A stretch of DNA of 64,000 nucleotides from Oopsacas minuta (lineage: Eukaryota; Animalia; Porifera), in NCBI GenBank assembly GCA_024704765.1, contig JAKMXF010000088.1, forward strand, positions 434,001 through 498,000, written 5' to 3'. Positions 61,079-64,000 of this stretch are shown here, one piece after another. The translations under genes and the position numbers were made by a program. The notes below the pieces were generated by a model that saw only the letters and a program-made list of their open reading frames with translations, did not search any database and was not told the DNA's origin. The stretch's first letter is position 1, and each line of letters opens with the position of its first letter.

Positions 61079-63922
61079 ATGGCCTCTATTGAACCTATTG
61101 CCCTCTTGAGTGAGGAGGAGAAGATAAAGAAGCAGAAAGCTTATGAAGAAGGAGTAGCTAAACGCTACGAGGAGAGAATATCCAAAAAGCAACAGAGAAA
61201 ATCTAATATTGAGCACAAACCTGAGGAAACAGTTGACTACTTCTGGAAAGAGTTTAATTCTCAGAATTCTGATATTAATTCTATGTTTGAGCAATTATCA
61301 GAAGCTCTAGAGCCTAACACTATTGCTAAAGTAAGTTAGTATTGTATATTGAAGATGAGGAATTACATTTTCGTATGAATAAACGATCCAGGACCCGGAT
61401 AAGAAACGGTGCGACCGGTGTTAATTGTCAAGGGAACATGTCCCCTGCTCACTCTAGCGACGACCATTTGCTTGTTTCAATGACCATTGACTCTGGAATT
61501 TTCTAGTTTTGTATATTTTCGAATTGGCTTGTGGCTGATAAAATTCAATTAAACATTATTCGTTTGCATATTGTCTCTGTTATGATTACTCGAGTATTTC
61601 TCTGTAATTTGCTAGAAGAACTTTCATTATTTGTGGCTAATTCTTGAATTATATATTTGGCAAAACGGTGAATTATGTAATCTAGTGGATTATTCGTTCG
61701 GTTCATTCATAGACTACGAAATCCATATTAGTTAATTGTAGCAAAATGATAAGAATTACAGGTTTACTGATTAATATATTTAGTTGGAACTCTTATGATT
61801 CAGTTATTTTAACCTAAAATATGTTGTCATGTATATTTCATTTGTTTAAGGGGGCGAACTCTGTTGATACGTACAACTTTCAAGTTCCAACAAAATAAGT
61901 TCCCATTCATTATCATACGATCTCTATTCATATTAACCAGTTTAAAAGATAAAAGACCGTGACGCTAAGACGATCAATTTCTAGTTTCCTTATACGTACT
62001 CCCTTTTCTATGAATCATTTCTGTTAATACAAAACTCCCTATATGATGCACAAAATTGTAAGCGTTGATTACAGACATTTATGGGTGAATGGAAATACAG
62101 TCGACTCCGGTTAATCGGACCACTGGTTAATCGGACAATTCGGTTAATCGGACCATTTTCTCCTGGACGGAATCTAATCTAATCCAGGATTAATATTTAA
62201 CATTTTTCGGTTAATCAGACACTCCGGATAATCGGACCACTTTACTCTGGACAAAAGTGGTCCGATTAACCGGAGTCGACTGTATTTCCTAATTAGCATC
62301 TGCTGACATTTGAAATTTGTTGCGGGAAGCTTTTGATGCGTTGCAATTTATTGGTAGATTAATATGATTTCTCACAGGTTTTCCTAACTGCAATTAGACA
62401 ATCATTGCGCCAGTCAGTAAATTTACATATTGCCAATTTTGTCATTTAGCAAAACAATCAAGGAGTAATTGGAATCTGGATATGGGTGTAGCCAGTGGAA
62501 GTGGTTCTCCCGTTATAACAAAGTAATTCTTTCCCCTCTATAGCTTGAAAATAATTGATCTCACTCCGCTTACAAAGAAATACCGCTCCTAACGAAATGT
62601 AACCGGCATGCTGAGCACTTCGTCATAACCAGAGTTTACTTTAAATATTCACATTTTTCCCATGTTTTGGACATAGTACAAGTTATTGGCACCTGCAGTT
62701 ATACATGAATGAAGAATCACTTTAGTTTATACTTCTAATTGTATACTGAATTTTGAATATTGAACTTAGCATTGTGCCTTATTGCAGAATTGGATTCAGT
62801 TTTGGTTTATTGAATTTATATTATTGTTGACGGAAAATAACATCAGTGTAATTATTTAAGGATTCGAAAGACAGGTTTCAGTGGAAGAAGAGTCCGAATC
62901 TTAGAAGTTATCTATTGTATAATCTACATTTCAAATATCCTTATTCGAAACTACATTTACTAATCGTATGTCACACCACGAGCTATTTAATATGTTGTCT
63001 CATTTATTTCAAAATTAAGACAGTGAAACCTCGGCGTTCCTATTTTTCCGTTTGTGGATGTTACACTGTAGAAGGTCAGTTTGTATTTTTTACGAACTGG
63101 AAATTTTATTTGAGATATTTCATATTTTCTAAGCTTGAATTCCTTCAAATTTCCTTATGTTTTTAGGAGATTGATGTTAAACTGGAAATTATGCAAAAGT
63201 ACATGAATGACTCTATACTCTTCCTGAATCCGTTTGACTTAAGAATAGCACAATCTACTATAAAGAAATTACAAGCTGATTTAACTAAGGAACGAGAAAA
63301 ATACGCGCCGCGGAAAAAATTCGGTTTCAAATCCAGACAGAAACAGACACAAAATGGAGGACAAGTCCCCAAGAAGGAGCCTTCTGTGGTTGCTAAAATC
63401 TCTCCTGCGCCATTACCAGCAAGCAAAAACTCGTTTGTATTGAAAGACCGTAAAAATGAGAATATTATAATCACCCCAGAAGAAGTTTTCAACAAAGATT
63501 TGTTAATTCTAAATTTAGACAATTGTACACTTTACATACACAGCATCCCCGCTACAGTCCATATGACTAATATTACTAATTCTCAGATATCATTCGGGCC
63601 CGTTAAAACCTCAATCATGATACACGACTGTGTTAATACAAAGTTTTCCCTCGCTTGTCAGCAGCTACGTATACATACATCAGTAAAATGTGATTTCTAT
63701 ATACACGTAACGAGCCGAGCAATCATTGAAGATAGTTCAGGATTACGTTTTGCCCCTTTCACTAATACATATCCGAATTTACAAGATGATTATATGATAT
63801 CTGGGTTAGATGAGAAATTGAATAACTGGGCTATCGTGAATGATTTCAATTGGTTATCGAACAATGAAGCGTCGCCAAATTGGCGTATAATTCAAGAAGA
63901 TCAAAGGATGGCTTGGAAATAG
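61079..63922 (+). CDS. TBCC: Tubulin-specific chaperone C, 335 aa, 2 exons (61079-61330, 63167-63922)
   Basis: MQKYMNDSILFLNPFDLR, PRKKFGFKS, GPVKTSIMI and ACQQLRIH with the arginine finger; C-terminal NNWAIVNDFNWL. Confidence 0.95.
62098..62282. mobile_element. MITE family C, copy 2 (185 bp)
   Basis: Nearly identical to 36146-36297 plus 33 bp carrying two extra GGTTAATCGGAC motifs; TA flanks. Confidence 0.92.
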
Positions 63923-64000
63923 GTTCTTTTGATGTTTGTAGATTAATTTGAATTGTTTTAATCAGTGATTATTAATATTTTATTGTTTGTTATCATATTA

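Noticed and set aside
1-64000. CRISPR arrays, rRNA, tRNA, SL RNA gene or an autonomous transposase
   Set aside because: None recognised. The repeats are dispersed TIR elements. An SL RNA gene cannot be identified without knowing the leader sequence.

Overview
AT-rich, gene-dense eukaryotic (animal) DNA with many short GT-AG introns. Integrin alphas and very divergent orthologues suggest an early-branching animal, possibly a glass sponge; this is an inference, not a determination. I can model 14 protein-coding genes, 13 on the + strand: two tandem integrin alphas, a 385-aa orphan, a TMEM97/EXPERA-like gene, a ~33-exon DENND4 carrying an intronless TOM22 in an intron on the same strand, intronless VIPAS39, a RADIL/afadin-family gene (RA-RA-FHA-DIL-PDZ), three paralogous ~150-aa membrane proteins with a His motif resembling the CREST superfamily, HGD, calpain-15/SOL with catalytic Asn replaced by Asp, and TBCC. 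Introns and gene gaps hold more than 55 MITE copies or fragments from several families (TA-flanked Tc1/mariner-pogo type, PIF/Harbinger-like, hAT-like) and a 914-bp near-perfect foldback element. The strongest unexplained pattern is co-oriented, closely packed genes whose start codons sit just downstream of apparently unpaired splice-acceptor sites, as expected for spliced-leader trans-splicing and operon-like transcription. All exon models and protein family calls were made by eye from remembered homologues, without database searches.
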